Source: Psammoneis japonica
Taxonomy: Eukaryota
Direction of reading: 5' to 3'
Assembly: GCA_008632985.1 (NCBI GenBank)
Contig: QPGO01000080.1
Coordinates: 124,001 to 188,000 of the forward strand
Length of the DNA: 64,000 nt
The notes below the pieces were generated by a model. The model saw nothing but the letters and a program-made list of their open reading frames with translations. It had not been told where the DNA came from and made no database searches. Made by a program: the position numbers and the translations under genes. Position 1 is the first letter of the stretch. Each line of letters starts with the position of its first letter. Positions 37,501 through 49,700 of the stretch are shown piece by piece.

Positions 37501-40500
37501 CACACTGTGTTGGTGGCAATGGGTTTGTTGCATTGGCGGACATTCAGGGCCAGGTTGGGCAACTTGCAAGCTTTTTTAAGGTGCGTGCTGGCAGGCATGC
37601 GGGCGCATTGAGTTGTGCAATCAAAGATGTGGTGAACAGTGTTCTTAAGGAGGAAGCCAAAACAGGGGCAAAGGGACTCACAGTTGGGGTCCTGAGGCTT
37701 GATGTTGTGCTTGTGGCACTCACAGAAGAAATCAGACAACAGAATGATATGATCATCAAGCATGGGATCAGCAAGCATGGTGTTGTGCACAATGTGATGG
37801 TGATGACAGTTGCTGAACTCCTCAAATGGATTGACAGCAGGGTCATCCTGAAGGTCGGATGCAGCATCACACCAATTCTCATCATTGGTGAGCTGGTGAT
37901 TGAGCACAGATGGGTCCCAAGTGTCGTCGCCGGTGAGGATGACATGAGGCAGATCATCCCCCTCAGGAGTCGGTGTGTGGGCGCATGGCAATGTGTGGCA
38001 ACGCAGCTGCCCATGATGTTGATTGGGATGATGCAACCATTGATGGTGGTGGTGTGTTGCAAACCATGAGGAACCTTGGTTGACTGGTTGTTGATGTCAT
38101 GTTTGCACCATTCAAGTTGGCCGCAAGAATGGATGGTCTTGCCCTTTCCAGTGCAGATGTGCTGGTGAAGGATGGCAATGATGGGGCCACATTGTGTGTT
38201 GATGACAGTGCCGGCTGTGACAATGGGAATGTCAACAAGCAGATGGTTGTCAATGCCCTGCACATCAACCTGTTGGCCAGAGCATGCAATGACATGAACA
38301 CAGTCACCAGCCATGCCACCATTGGCACCACAATCTGCAAGAGCTCCCAAGCGTGTTGATGTGCAGGTCAAAGCAGAGTGGATGATGCTGTGGTTGCCAA
38401 CGTGGCAGTGGATGTGGCCGTTGAGCTCAATGTCAGTGCCAGTGCTGGGTGGGAATTTTGCATTGGGTGGTTTCTCACCAGAGCAGGCCAAAGGAGATTT
38501 AGCGGGCACAAGAAGATGCTGTAGATCCCCGGGTGGCAAAGGCTTGCACTTTGACAGATGCACCAGGATGGGGTTGTCATCTGCCAAGTCATTGGTGCCA
38601 GTGGGTGGCACAGGAGCATTGGCAAGGTCGTGAGTGTTGGCAGATAAGTCAACGTCACCATTGCTTCCCAGAGGGAGGTTGCGAAGGTTGACAGCCTCTG
38701 ACTCAAGGATGACAGCCTTGGTGGTGGAGCTGGGCAGGGTGTCCCAGATGTGCTGGTGGTCCGGCGGGCACAATGCCACTGTTCCTTGGTGAGGGAGGGT
38801 CCGCGAATGTGAGAGGCGCAAGCCTGGATGACATCAATGTTGCTGTCTGTGTTGAAGAATGGGTCATCAGGGTCATTGGAAGCCAGGTCATGGGTGCACA
38901 GATGGCATGGCATGGGGTGCAAGAGGCCGTCTTGGGTGCAAAAGTGCTGCCGCACTGTGCCGCCACAGAAAGTAGAAGGCCACAACATTGCTCATGAGTG
39001 AGGCTCTTGCCAGTCTGCGTGCAATGCTGGTCGGCTTGGTTCTTGACTGAGCAAAGTTCTTCAACAGGATGTGCAGCATTTTGGACTTTGAGCTGGTGGA
39101 TTTCTCACCAGAATGGGCCAAGGGAGGTTTGTTGGGCAAAAGGAGATGCCGCAGATCACCAGGCAGCAAAGACTTGCACTTCATGCAGTGCGCCAGGATG
39201 GGATTGGCATCTGTTGTGTCATTGGCATTGTTGGTTGGCACGGGAGCTGAGGTGAGGTCACAAGTGTTGGCACACAAGACAACATTGCTGTTGCTTCCCA
39301 GACAGAGGTCATGAAGGTGTTGACAGCCTCGACTCATGGCAGTTGCTGGAATGGGCAGTGCACAAGCCAAGGATGATGGTCTTGATGAGCTGAGGGAGGG
39401 AGCATCAGATGTGCTGGTGATCTGGTGGAATGCAATGCCACCATTCCTTGGTGAGGGAGGGGGCACAAGTTTGTCAAGCACAAGCCTGGATGATGTCAAC
39501 ATTGATGTCAATGTTGAAGAATGTGTCATCATCAGGGTCATCAAGGGCCAGGTCATGGGCACAAACCACATGGTGTGCAGTGCCAGAGGCCATCTTGGCT
39601 GTGCCATTGTGCTGCACTGCCGCAGAAAGCAGGATCCCACAACATTGCTTGCAGGAAAGGCTCTTGACATTCTGTGCACTGCACTGGTTGGCTTGGTTTT
39701 TGACAAAATGGAGTTCTTCAACAGGGGGTGAATGGCATTTTCCAGCATGACACATGTCTGGCCAGCAGAGAAACAGTCCATGGAAGGAGTGAGAGCTTTG
39801 CATTTGCAGAGTTGGTCTTGCCAGTGATGCATGAAGGCCTGGGTGGAACCCTTCCAAGTGCCATCACCAAGATGGGTGGTGGTGATGTGCGTGAGAAGGG
39901 TCAACAACTCAAGTGACGCATGGGTGGAGGCAAGGATGCACTTGTGGAGTTTGCTGCACACAGTTTGGGCATCAGATGAGTCCTCATGTTCGTGAACAAG
40001 TGCTTTGCCCTTGTCAGTTTGCAAAATGTGCTCAAAGACGGCAAACATGTGTTTCTGTTGCTCGTCAAACAATGCCTTGTCTTTTGCTGTGGAGGGCTTG
40101 CACTTCAGGTCAAGAATGCAGTCAATGTCTTGAGGACAAGCCTGTGCAACAATGGAGGTGTGCCAGGTGTGCCACTGTTTGTCAGACTCAAGAGTTGCAA
40201 AGGTGAGCGGGTCATGTTTGATGCCTTGTTTGAAGTCACGAACTGGGTCACACGGTTTGGGAGGCAACATGCCAGCCACAGGACCAGATGGGGCAGTGCC
40301 TGTGGAGAGAGACATGATGCAATTGGTGCCAAGATGACAGTCAGTGAATTCCTTGTGGGCAAACAGATTGGGGTTGTTGCTGACACTGGCGCCACTGCGT
40401 GCTTTTACATGGTGCAGAGACTGATCAATGCCACAATCATTGCTTTGTAACTGTGCAGCAAAGGTGTTTGGTTGGCGCCATCATTGTGAACAAGGGCACC

Positions 40501-40892
40501 CAGTTGTGCTGGAGCAAACATGAAGAGATCCTGGCAGAAGTCTGTCCTGTCAATGCCGAGGGCTGAGCGCAACAAACAGGTGTCATCTTGAGCCAGAACA
40601 GTGCCCAAGACATGCTCAAAGCTGCCAGTTTGTTGCTGTCAGGTGAGAACCATGGTGCAAGAACAAAAGGGAGTGTCAGAGCTTGAGCTGGAGGTTGAGC
40701 TTGAACAAACTTGCAAACTTGATTTGAAACTTGACTTGAAATGTTAAAATCTTGACTCATGTTGCAAATCAGAAGTGCAGTGCACAGCTGCCAACAAGAG
40801 TCAATGTGTCACGGCGACGTGTTGCAGCCTTTAAATGTCACAAAGGGTGTGACAAAAACAACCTTTTGTCTGCATGCATGCTGCGTCATGAA

Positions 40893-40957
40893 TTCACAGC
40901 GGAGTGGTTCATCGCAACCATTGGGCAGGAGGCCAGGGGTTCGAAACCCTGAGTGGG
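40893..40957 (+). promoter_or_regulatory. tRNA-derived Pol III A/B-box segment inside the TRIM
   Basis: A-box-like CAGCGGAGTGGT (40897) and B-box GGTTCGAAACC (40938) within a CAGGG/CCCTG stem. No clean anticodon arm. Confidence 0.6.
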
Positions 40958-41050
40958 AGTTGTCTGCAGCAACGTTGATCACTGTCGAACGCGTAAAACT
41001 CTGTGCAGTTCTGTGTGTTCCTTCGCACGTGCCCACACTGTTCCACCAAA

Positions 41051-41665
41051 GAATCCAGCGGATTCCCTGGTCCCGCCTCGGACGCCAGCAAACTCTCCGT
41101 CCAAGATGGATGTGCGACTGGTTGCCGCTCGCGCAGCCAAACTAGTGGGGGACAGTTGTGAATTGCAGCGTGTGGCGGAAACGTGCATTCTAGAGTTTGA
41201 AATCCGGGTTGCAGATTCGCTTGAGTGGAGGTGCACAATCCTGCCCGGGAATTGGGTGGGTGGGAAAAGCAAAAAAGGATTCAAGCGGTGTCATCGCCGC
41301 CATCATCCTCTCAACCTCGGTTTCCTGGGGAAGGAATGAGACAGGAACCGAGGCCCTCCATCCAGCGATCCCTGACTTCTGCTGCATTCTAGATTGACGT
41401 CAGCAGCCCCGGTCTGTCAGACGCTCGGCAGTTGGCTCATTGCCTTCTGCCCCAATGTCTCGCCAACGAGAATCCAGCGGATTCCCTGGTCCCACCTCGG
41501 ACGCCAGCAAACACTCCGTCCAAGACAGATGTGCGACTGGTTGCCGCTCGGGCAGTTAAACTGGTGGGGGACAGTTGCAAACTGCAGCGTGTGGCAGAAA
41601 CGTGCATTCTAGAGTTTGAGGTCCGGGCCACGGATTCGCTCGAGTGGAGGTGCACAATCCTGCCC
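41051..41665 (-). repeat. B1-A2-B2 terminal repeat block of the YR retrotransposon
   Basis: GAATCCAGCGGATTCCCTGGTCCC...CACAATCCTGCCC at 41051 and 41470 flanks the A repeat. Confidence 0.9.
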
Positions 41666-41886
41666 AGGTCGAACACTCACAGTTGCATGTGACAAAGGGA
41701 AATGCAAAGGAGAGTGCCATCTTGGAGTGGGAGTGGGCGTCCAGAAAAAAAGAAAAGGAAAAGAAAAAGGGAAAAAGGCGCAAATTGGCAAAATTTTGTG
41801 GTGCCAAAAACCATTTGTGCTGTCATTGGAATGGATGCAGTGGACGCACGAAGTGGAAAAGAAGATTGGAAGTAAAGGGTTAAAGA

Positions 41887-43000
41887 TTAAAGTGTGTTTG
41901 GCATGATGCCAAGGTCTGCCATTGCCTGGCTCTGCTTGTTGGACAGAATGGCGAGATTGCGCAAGCAGGCGACGAAAGCGCGCGAGCGCCAACGCAGGAG
42001 AAACTGGATTTGGTCCTCCAGAGAAGCCCATGGCGCATAGAATGCAGCAAGCACCCACACGGACAGAGTGCGAAGACCACTTGGAAAGGATCTTTGCATG
42101 AGATTTCCTGCACGGATCCAGGCTAAACTTGCGACTGGCAACCGTCTGCATGACACGGGAAATGTCACTTGCAGTCACAGAAAGCACAGTGCCATCCTCA
42201 CGACGATGCAAGCTCAGGGGTGTGTCCTTGGATGACATGCCAAAAAGCCTGTCAAAACATCGTAAGATGTCAAGAAACAGGGTGACGGGGCTCATGTCGC
42301 AGCGTGCACTGTCAAAGGTGAACAAACGTGCTTGCCATGCGACCCATTCTTTTGCCAAGAGAAAGTGAGCTCAAGACGCAATGAATCCGGGTCTGTGTGC
42401 CGAAGGGCTTCCGAAAAGCTAAGCGGGCGCAAGTTAGAGTCAAAAAGCTGGGCGTCCTCAAGGGTGAAAGCACACACTGTTCCATTGGGAGCAACATGCG
42501 GGTGGTGTGGGTCTGGGCGATCGTTGTGTTGCGCCCATTCCGAGAGGCGAAACCCACCGTGTGAGCCAATGCCGAACCAGTCGCAACACACGGCCCATGT
42601 CGATGGTGAAGGACTCGCAGCGGTCTGGGACTCCATCCCAGCGACGGCATTCCACAAGCACTTGAGCGACACACGGGGCAAATTCCTTGTCATGAGCCAA
42701 GAAGTGCCTTGGATCATTGTTGCACAGGTCACTGGGGGACCACCTGGGAAAGCGCTTGATGAACGATGCCGCGTCCAGTGGGTGCTTCGCAATCGTGTCG
42801 CCATGAACAGTGCGATGTGCCAAGGTGCTGCCGGTGGCAAGGTGTGCGGCGCAGAGCGCCATTTGGCAGTTCCTGCGCTCTTGGGAGGCCCTGACGAGGA
42901 GCCAGTCATCCGACAGACCTGGATCATAACTGAAAATGAAGCAATGGATTTGCCGGCTACGAATCGTCCCAAGTTGCTTGGAAGACTTGGGGGGGCCAGC
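41887..43000 (-). pseudogene. Tyrosine recombinase of the YR element (frameshifted; catalytic Tyr>Cys)
   Basis: GGFRLSEWAQ (first Arg), WQKNG, SSHSVRVGA (HxxR), and LRWRSRAFVACLRN, where Tyr is expected at the Cys. Confidence 0.85.
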
Positions 43001-45780
43001 CATTGTCTTGTGAAGAGATGCAACGAGATTAGCGAGACGAGCTCGTGACTTGGCTGGAAAAAACGATGGGATCGCAGCTTCGGAATTCTCCGGAACATCT
43101 GTGCATGCCAAAGTGCAGGGGGAACGGTGAGGTCCGGGTGCGAAATGAGATCTGGGTTAACATTTTTGTGACCGGGGAGCCAATCGCTCTGATGTCCAAG
43201 ATCGGACCGTGAGAGCAACGATCCTTGGATTTTCAGGAGGTTCTGACCACACAACGACGTAGAAGACACTTTGGCTGTCCATTTGCGAGAGCTCATGCTG
43301 TCGGTCCTAGACAGAAGGATCGGAAGCGGGGGCAATTGGCCATCCGGGAGCTTGGCAAGCAGATCCTCCGAAAGGCCTTCCTCCAGCATGACGACAGCTG
43401 CGGCGTGCTGCAGCAGTTGCACAACACGCTCCAGGCAATTGACGTGGACGTAGTCTCGGTGGCTGCTGGGCAAACGTGCGCCATGCCTGACCTTGTCAGA
43501 CCACAGGACGTCAAACCAATGGCATGGGTCGTCAGAGAGAGCTCCTCTGGCATCTAAACTTGCGTCTCCAGTGCTCACAAAGGTTGGTGTGCGTGGGACA
43601 AGGTGGCCAATCTTCACCTCCCACGGATTCGTGGGGTCAGACAAATGATCATGTAGCCATGATAGCTCCTGACGCAGCTGGGTGGTCACATTCGCTGGTT
43701 TTCCGTCACTCCACAGTAGACGGGCCACATCTTGGGAAACAAGGGAGAGCACTCTGTGCTCAAGAGTGCGTGGCATCTGGTCCGCGAATTCCTTCACTTT
43801 CCTCGTGCGATTGTGGCAACCCTTGATCATGTGAAATCGCCTGGCCAGGATGGTACGAACCATGTTCTGGAGAGTAAAAAAAGTGACAGGTCCCCAACGG
43901 CAGAGGAGAGCGGCGTCCACAAGTGATCCCACAAGTTCGGCCGCTTCAACGAGAGCAAAGGAATCGCGGGTAAGCCAAATCGCAAGGACAGCCACCAGCT
44001 GCTCGCACTTGTAGTCCGGCAAAGAGATCGTCATGGCGCGAGTGTTAACCCAAATCCCAATGATTTTTCTGCAATGCGCAAAATGCTTCTTGAACTTCTC
44101 CCACGAAAAAGAGTCTGAGCATTTTTCAGACGGAAAGCCAAGGACGGTGTAAAGCGCCAAAATGCTGGACGAGATGGTGAGTGGCATGCACTCGGCTACG
44201 TCCGCGTGCATGTTATCGTCGACATGATGGTCGCAGGTTGGAGCACGCCACGACCCGTCTGCAAGGAGAACGCCGGGATTGAGTGCGTCCTTGTTTGCCG
44301 GAGCAAAGACTGCATCGGGAGGTGGCGGTTCGAAAACGATTTTGGGGCAATGCAGCATTGCGCGTTCCAGCATGTCTGGACGATGCCAAAGGTGCTGTGC
44401 ATGTTGCTGGCGGCAACGCGCAATAACTTCCCAGTTCCCCGGACTAGGTCCATCACCAAAAGTCTGGCCAGTGGCCATCACGAGGTAGCCGAAAATGAGG
44501 AAGCCATGCATTGCAACAACAAATGGGTTGTACTTGCAGTGCCAAAACGCGCCAGCCACATCGTCATCGCCCGGGTAGATTTCTGATGTCGGGTGTGAAA
44601 TTCGGAGGTTCCAAAGCCATGTAAGAAAACGCATCTTAGAACCGCCGAAAATGAGTTCCGGTTCGTTGTCTTTGTCTGTCCAGTCGTTGATGGCGTTGCA
44701 CCAAGGTTTTGGACGGAAGGACGAGTCAAAAATATTCCGTGGCGACTTGTGTAGTTTGAGGAGGTCGACCATGCCAAGGGGCATCCGATGCAGGTGCGGA
44801 ACAAACCAAAGCAGAGCTGGGTGAAAGGGGATGGCGCACCCACGGCGAATGTCTTTCGCAATGGCCTTCATGGTCTTGTGTGGCACCTCGTTGACGGACG
44901 AGTGGTTGCCATGCCTGACGAACTCACGAAAGTTCTCCTCTGCAGCTTCTGCCTGGCAGAGACGAGGGCACCCCACTTTGCACATCCGTTGCAGTTCGTC
45001 GACTAGCTCGTGGGCTACTCCACCATTTCGAAGAGCATGCAAAATTGCATCAGCGTCACGATGGGCTCCAACGTGAATCCCGCCAACGTGTGAGATAAGA
45101 GCCGGGATTTCCAAATCGAAATGAAGAGCCGCGGCAGTAAACATGCGGCTACAGTCCTTCATCATGGAGTCCATTTCCACACCCTTCGGGATTGGGTCTT
45201 GGATTCGTGAAAAATCAACGCCTTGGTGGTCTCACATGAGCTTGGACAACCATCGTGCGGGCTTGTAGGCCACTTCAAGGTGCACCCGAGTCTTGCGCGA
45301 TAAAACACCTGATTTGTAGAGTGGCAAAAGGACATGCCGAAGTTGCACTTTGGAAAAAAACGAGTGATTGAGGGATGGCTCACCAAAAGGTTGGTCGAGT
45401 TGACACTGCACTTTGGACGGAAGATGGGACTTGACAAAGACCTCGCGCGCTTGAACTCGAGAGTGATGGCCCGCGGGAGCGCTGTCAATCCTGACATCGG
45501 ACGGACTGGAAACTTTCTTGTCTGTGACCCCTTCTGCAATCGGCTGCAGCGATCCTTCGGTGACTGCTGACACTGTCGGAGCAAATTCATCCATGTCCCA
45601 GTCTTCATCGACCTCTCGGATGTCCATGTCACCGGGGAAGGTCGTGCTGGTGGTGTCTGAAGCGGAATCGGTGACCGAAAGGTCAGCGGGATAATCTCGT
45701 ACGGAAATGAGCGGCGGGACGAGGTTGTTGGGACAAACGTAGACTGGATCTGCGAATTTGAATAGAAAACAGGTGCCCAA
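42950..45780 (-). pseudogene. Reverse transcriptase plus RNase H of the YR element
   Basis: DDDVAGAF, FGDGPSPGNW, HHVDD, TGDAS, HVNCLE and RTDS motifs in ORF 42292-45180. N-terminal extension in 45232-45780. Confidence 0.85.
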
Positions 45781-46439
45781 GTGTTAGATTGCATCGCAGT
45801 TGGGTGAGAGCGCAACAGCTGCGCACCAGAAGAAGGCTGGTTGGCCCAAGCAAGTTCAGCGTGATCATTGACGAACTTCTTGTAGGCTGTGCGTGCCTCG
45901 CCGGGAAGTTTCTCGATGGACGTCGGGTGTGAGAAGTTGCAACGTTCGCCAAACCAGCAGCTGCAGCCAACAGTTGTGAAGTCACTGCAAATCATGGCGG
46001 GTTTTTTCTTGACAGGGTGAGGTGCCATGATTGAATCTGCAATCGGCAGTTTCCCAGAGCCGTTGAAGCGCACGAGACCTTTGGCTTTGTTCGCCTCCGT
46101 GCAAGCATTGTCACTCCTGGGTTTTTTGGGTGAGTTTGTGGAACCTTTGGAGGACGCATTGGACGCACCACTCCACAACAACGCTGGGCACACAAGCCTC
46201 ATGATGGGTGGCTCGTCGCGACATTCGCCCAAGTCTCCACTCCGAATGACATTCGTGAGGCGTGCAACCTCTGACACAGCCTGGGCCGTGGCATCAGCAA
46301 TCACTTTCGGACTAATCTGCACACCGGAAGCAAGAGCATTGCGACATGCCAGCGTGTTGCCAAGGGAGACAAAAGGTGACAAGATGTGCTGGAGAGATTG
46401 GATCACATGGATGAAGACATGCTGCATTGCCCGGTGCCG

Positions 46440-46716
46440 TGATAGAAATTGAAGGCAAATGGCAAGAATTCAAACAATGACTCCTTGCTGCTGTCTAAAC
46501 AGCAGATGAGTCTCCGCTCAGAGACCGTCACAGGAGCCGAAAGACGTGCAAGTCGGGCATAATCGGGCTGCTGTCATCATTCTTGTGAGCCTTGTGGCTC
46601 GAAAGCAAACTGCATCGCGCGTGAACGCGCGGAACTAAAGCACACAAAACTGTGCGTGGTAAACTAAACAGCGCGCGATGCTTCGCGCGCATCCAAATCC
46701 TGTTCAAATCCTGTCA
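46440..46716 (-). repeat. 3' LTR of the young copia
   Basis: Direct repeat of 53274-53549. Confidence 0.95.
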
Positions 46717-49700
46717 CTCCCCAGTTTGCTTGAGGAGCCACAGAAACAGATTCGACTTCGGATGGAATGAAGTTCCAGAACATGAGGGGGCGGAGAAGGT
46801 CCCAGATTTGGGAGTGACCCCAATGCTTGCTGAGAATGTCAGCAGGGTTGCGGGAGCCTTCGATGAAGTGGAGCTCAAGGCAACCAGAGGCAATTGCCTC
46901 ACGCACACGGTGGAACGACAGTGCGGTGTGTCGCTTGTGTAACTTGGAGTGCGGGATGGTGGCACTGTCTACAACCGACTTGTTGTCACCGAACATGTGA
47001 CTAACATTGCGGATCGGGACGCCAAGGCAGCGCAGGGTGATGCGCAGGTCGACAATCTGCTCAACACAATTCCTTGCGGCAACAAATTCAGATCCGTAGG
47101 TTGCAGTCTCCACGGTGGCTTGTTTCTTGGAGAACCAATCAGCTGGGAATTTGTTGAGGAAGTGGAGCATTCCCATGACAGAGCGTCCGGTGAGCATGCA
47201 ATGGTGCAAGTTTGCATCGACGCAGTGGGTGGTAGTGACGAACTTGCCAAGGGGCGGTGGAGCGTCCTTCGGGATCATCTCTTCTGCTTCACCATGCACG
47301 GAATGCATCCATTCACAGGCCGGAGCAGGGAGATCCGAACAGTCGGGCTCTTCCGTGCGAACGCGGAGAGCACCGTGTCGCATCTTGGAGAGGTGCCCAC
47401 AGACGCGTTTGGCACGATCCAAGTGGCCTTGACGGGGCGCAGCTCGGAAGCTAGAGAGTGACATGACAGCCGTGGTAATGTCAATTCGACCAAGGGACAC
47501 TGCCCATTGGAGTGAACCAACAAGAGACTGGAACTTGTGAATGCCTTCGGGTCCCAGCAGTTCGGAAGTGTCCAGTTTGGGGTGGTCACCCTTCTCTAGA
47601 GGTGACAGGGCGTTGGTGGCAGGTTTCTCCCCAAACAGTCGGGCGTAACTGTCGACCATGCGCTCGATGTACTTGCGCGGAGACAGGCACAAGGTTCCGT
47701 CGGGGTCCCGGGAAAAGTCGCAACCCAGATGGAACTCAATGGGTCCCGCACCCTTGAGCTTGAACTTGCACTTTTCCGTGAGAGTGTCGACGAAAGATTG
47801 AGGGTCCTTCATGGCAATGGCGAGGTCATCCACATGAACGGCAATGCACTCACAGTGGTCGCCGTTCCTGCGCATCCAAATGTCGGGTTCGGCGCGGCAG
47901 GGGAAGAAGCCTTCAGCTCGCAGGCAGTCGGCGAAGCGCTCGTGCCAGCGGAGACCGGAGCTGCGCAGTCCATGCAGTGCCTTGTGGATGACAAGGATGT
48001 GTCCTTCGAGTTTGCCAAATTCGGGTCCAGCTACAATGTAAAGCTTCTCCTTGGTGGTGGCTTCAAGGCAGGCATTGCCAATGTCGGTGGCCCATGTCTC
48101 CAGCTCGTTGAGTTCGGCCAGGAAAATCATCAGCCGAAGGCCACGAAGGGAGACTACTCCGGAGTAGACACTGTCGACAGGTACGTCCGTGAGGTGCCCG
48201 TCGGCTACGAGTCGTGCCTTGTGGCGACCGTCGTGTTTCACGTCGTACACCAGGTGGACTCGGATCTTCTTGTGTCCCGCAGGAGGAGTGGAAGACTTGA
48301 AGGGCCCGCAGTCATGGAAGACTTCGTATTCGTCGAGTTGGTCCATCTCGAGATTAGTTGCGTCTCCCCACTTGCGGTTGCCGTTGCGTTCGTCTAGTGA
48401 CATGGCGTGTTTGTAGTTCCGGGGAACTTCGTATCCGTACTTGTAGCGAGGTGCAGTGCGGAAGGAGCGAAGCTTGGCTTGGTTGGCCATGCGAAATAGC
48501 TTCTTTTGGCGCCTCGCGATGGTGCGGAACCGCTTCCATCCATCCGTGTCGAGGAGTCCGTTCTCTCGTGCATAGATGGCACAGGTGACGGGGTCGTCCT
48601 TGGCGATGATGGCAAGAGGCTCGGACGTGATCTCCCCACTTTCCCATTCAAGCATGATGTTATAGCTTGAGCCTTTCCAGGTTGGGTCGTGAGGCTTCAG
48701 AGGGCCTTCGTGTGACACGATGCGTCGAAATTTCCAAACAGTGGTGTCTTCGTCTTCTTGCTCAATGTGATTCATGATGTCATTGCAGGCAAGGACTTCC
48801 TCGTATTCGTCATTGTTGACAGAGCAGACGAACTCAGTGAGCTCGGGATTGCCGTTCACTTTCCATTCGTGGTCTTCGACGGCCTTGACGATGCGAGCTC
48901 TGTGGCGTTGTCCGTCCTCTTGTGGCTGCATGAGGAAGGTACGTCCAATGATGTCTTGCGGATCGAAAACTGGCATCTTGGGTGTCCTGATCTCCCCATC
49001 AGGAGAATCGACGGGGTTGTCGTCATGGCAAGATTTGATGATGGGTTCAGGTGGCTCCCCATCAGGAGGATCAAGACGCAGGTTTCGAACGGCAGGATCG
49101 GGGGTGGCGGAGCGAACGTTGGACCGGCAGAGGATCTTCTGAGTCTCGTCAGATAGAATCTTGAAGGTCATCTGGTGGCCGACGTGCTCAGCAATGCCAA
49201 CGAAGCGTCCACGCAACTCACGAGATTCGGACGGCCAATCGGAGTCATCGAGGTGGAAGTGCACTGGTTCCCACCAGTGAAAGCGAAGCAATGGGCTGAT
49301 GTCCGGGGTGGATCCAGTGAGAGTCTCGAGGGGCGTGCGCCAGTGGAGACGTGGGGACGCTGCATGGTTGAGCATGAAGCACACGCACATGAGCGCCAGC
49401 AGCCATGTGTGGGCGGGCGAACCAAAACGGTCCATGACAGTGTTCGCCATGCGCTTCACAGTCTGGTGTCGATGCTCGGCAAAGTTTTGGTGTTGCTGGT
49501 GAGGCTCACTTTGCCAGCTGGAGATGAAGAGGGCGCGTAGGATCCCGAGCACTTTGTTGCTGATCTCAACTTGAGCACGGTCGCTAATGAGTTTGGATGG
49601 TGCACCACGTTCACGGATCTGATCCTCGAGTGTGTTGACAAACTCTTTGTCCGTCTTAGTGCCGTAGACGTCAGTGATGGTAGACTCGGTGCCAACAAAC

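Noticed and set aside
36852..38069. 405-aa + strand ORF and the many other overlapping Cys/His-rich ORFs in the TE blocks
   Set aside because: These are antisense or off-frame shadows of copia sequence. Loss of TpA removes TAA and TAG stops in all six frames, which inflates ORF length and number.
40893..40957. Functional tRNA gene
   Set aside because: A and B boxes are present, but I could not build a proper anticodon arm or acceptor stem, and it lies within a mobile element.
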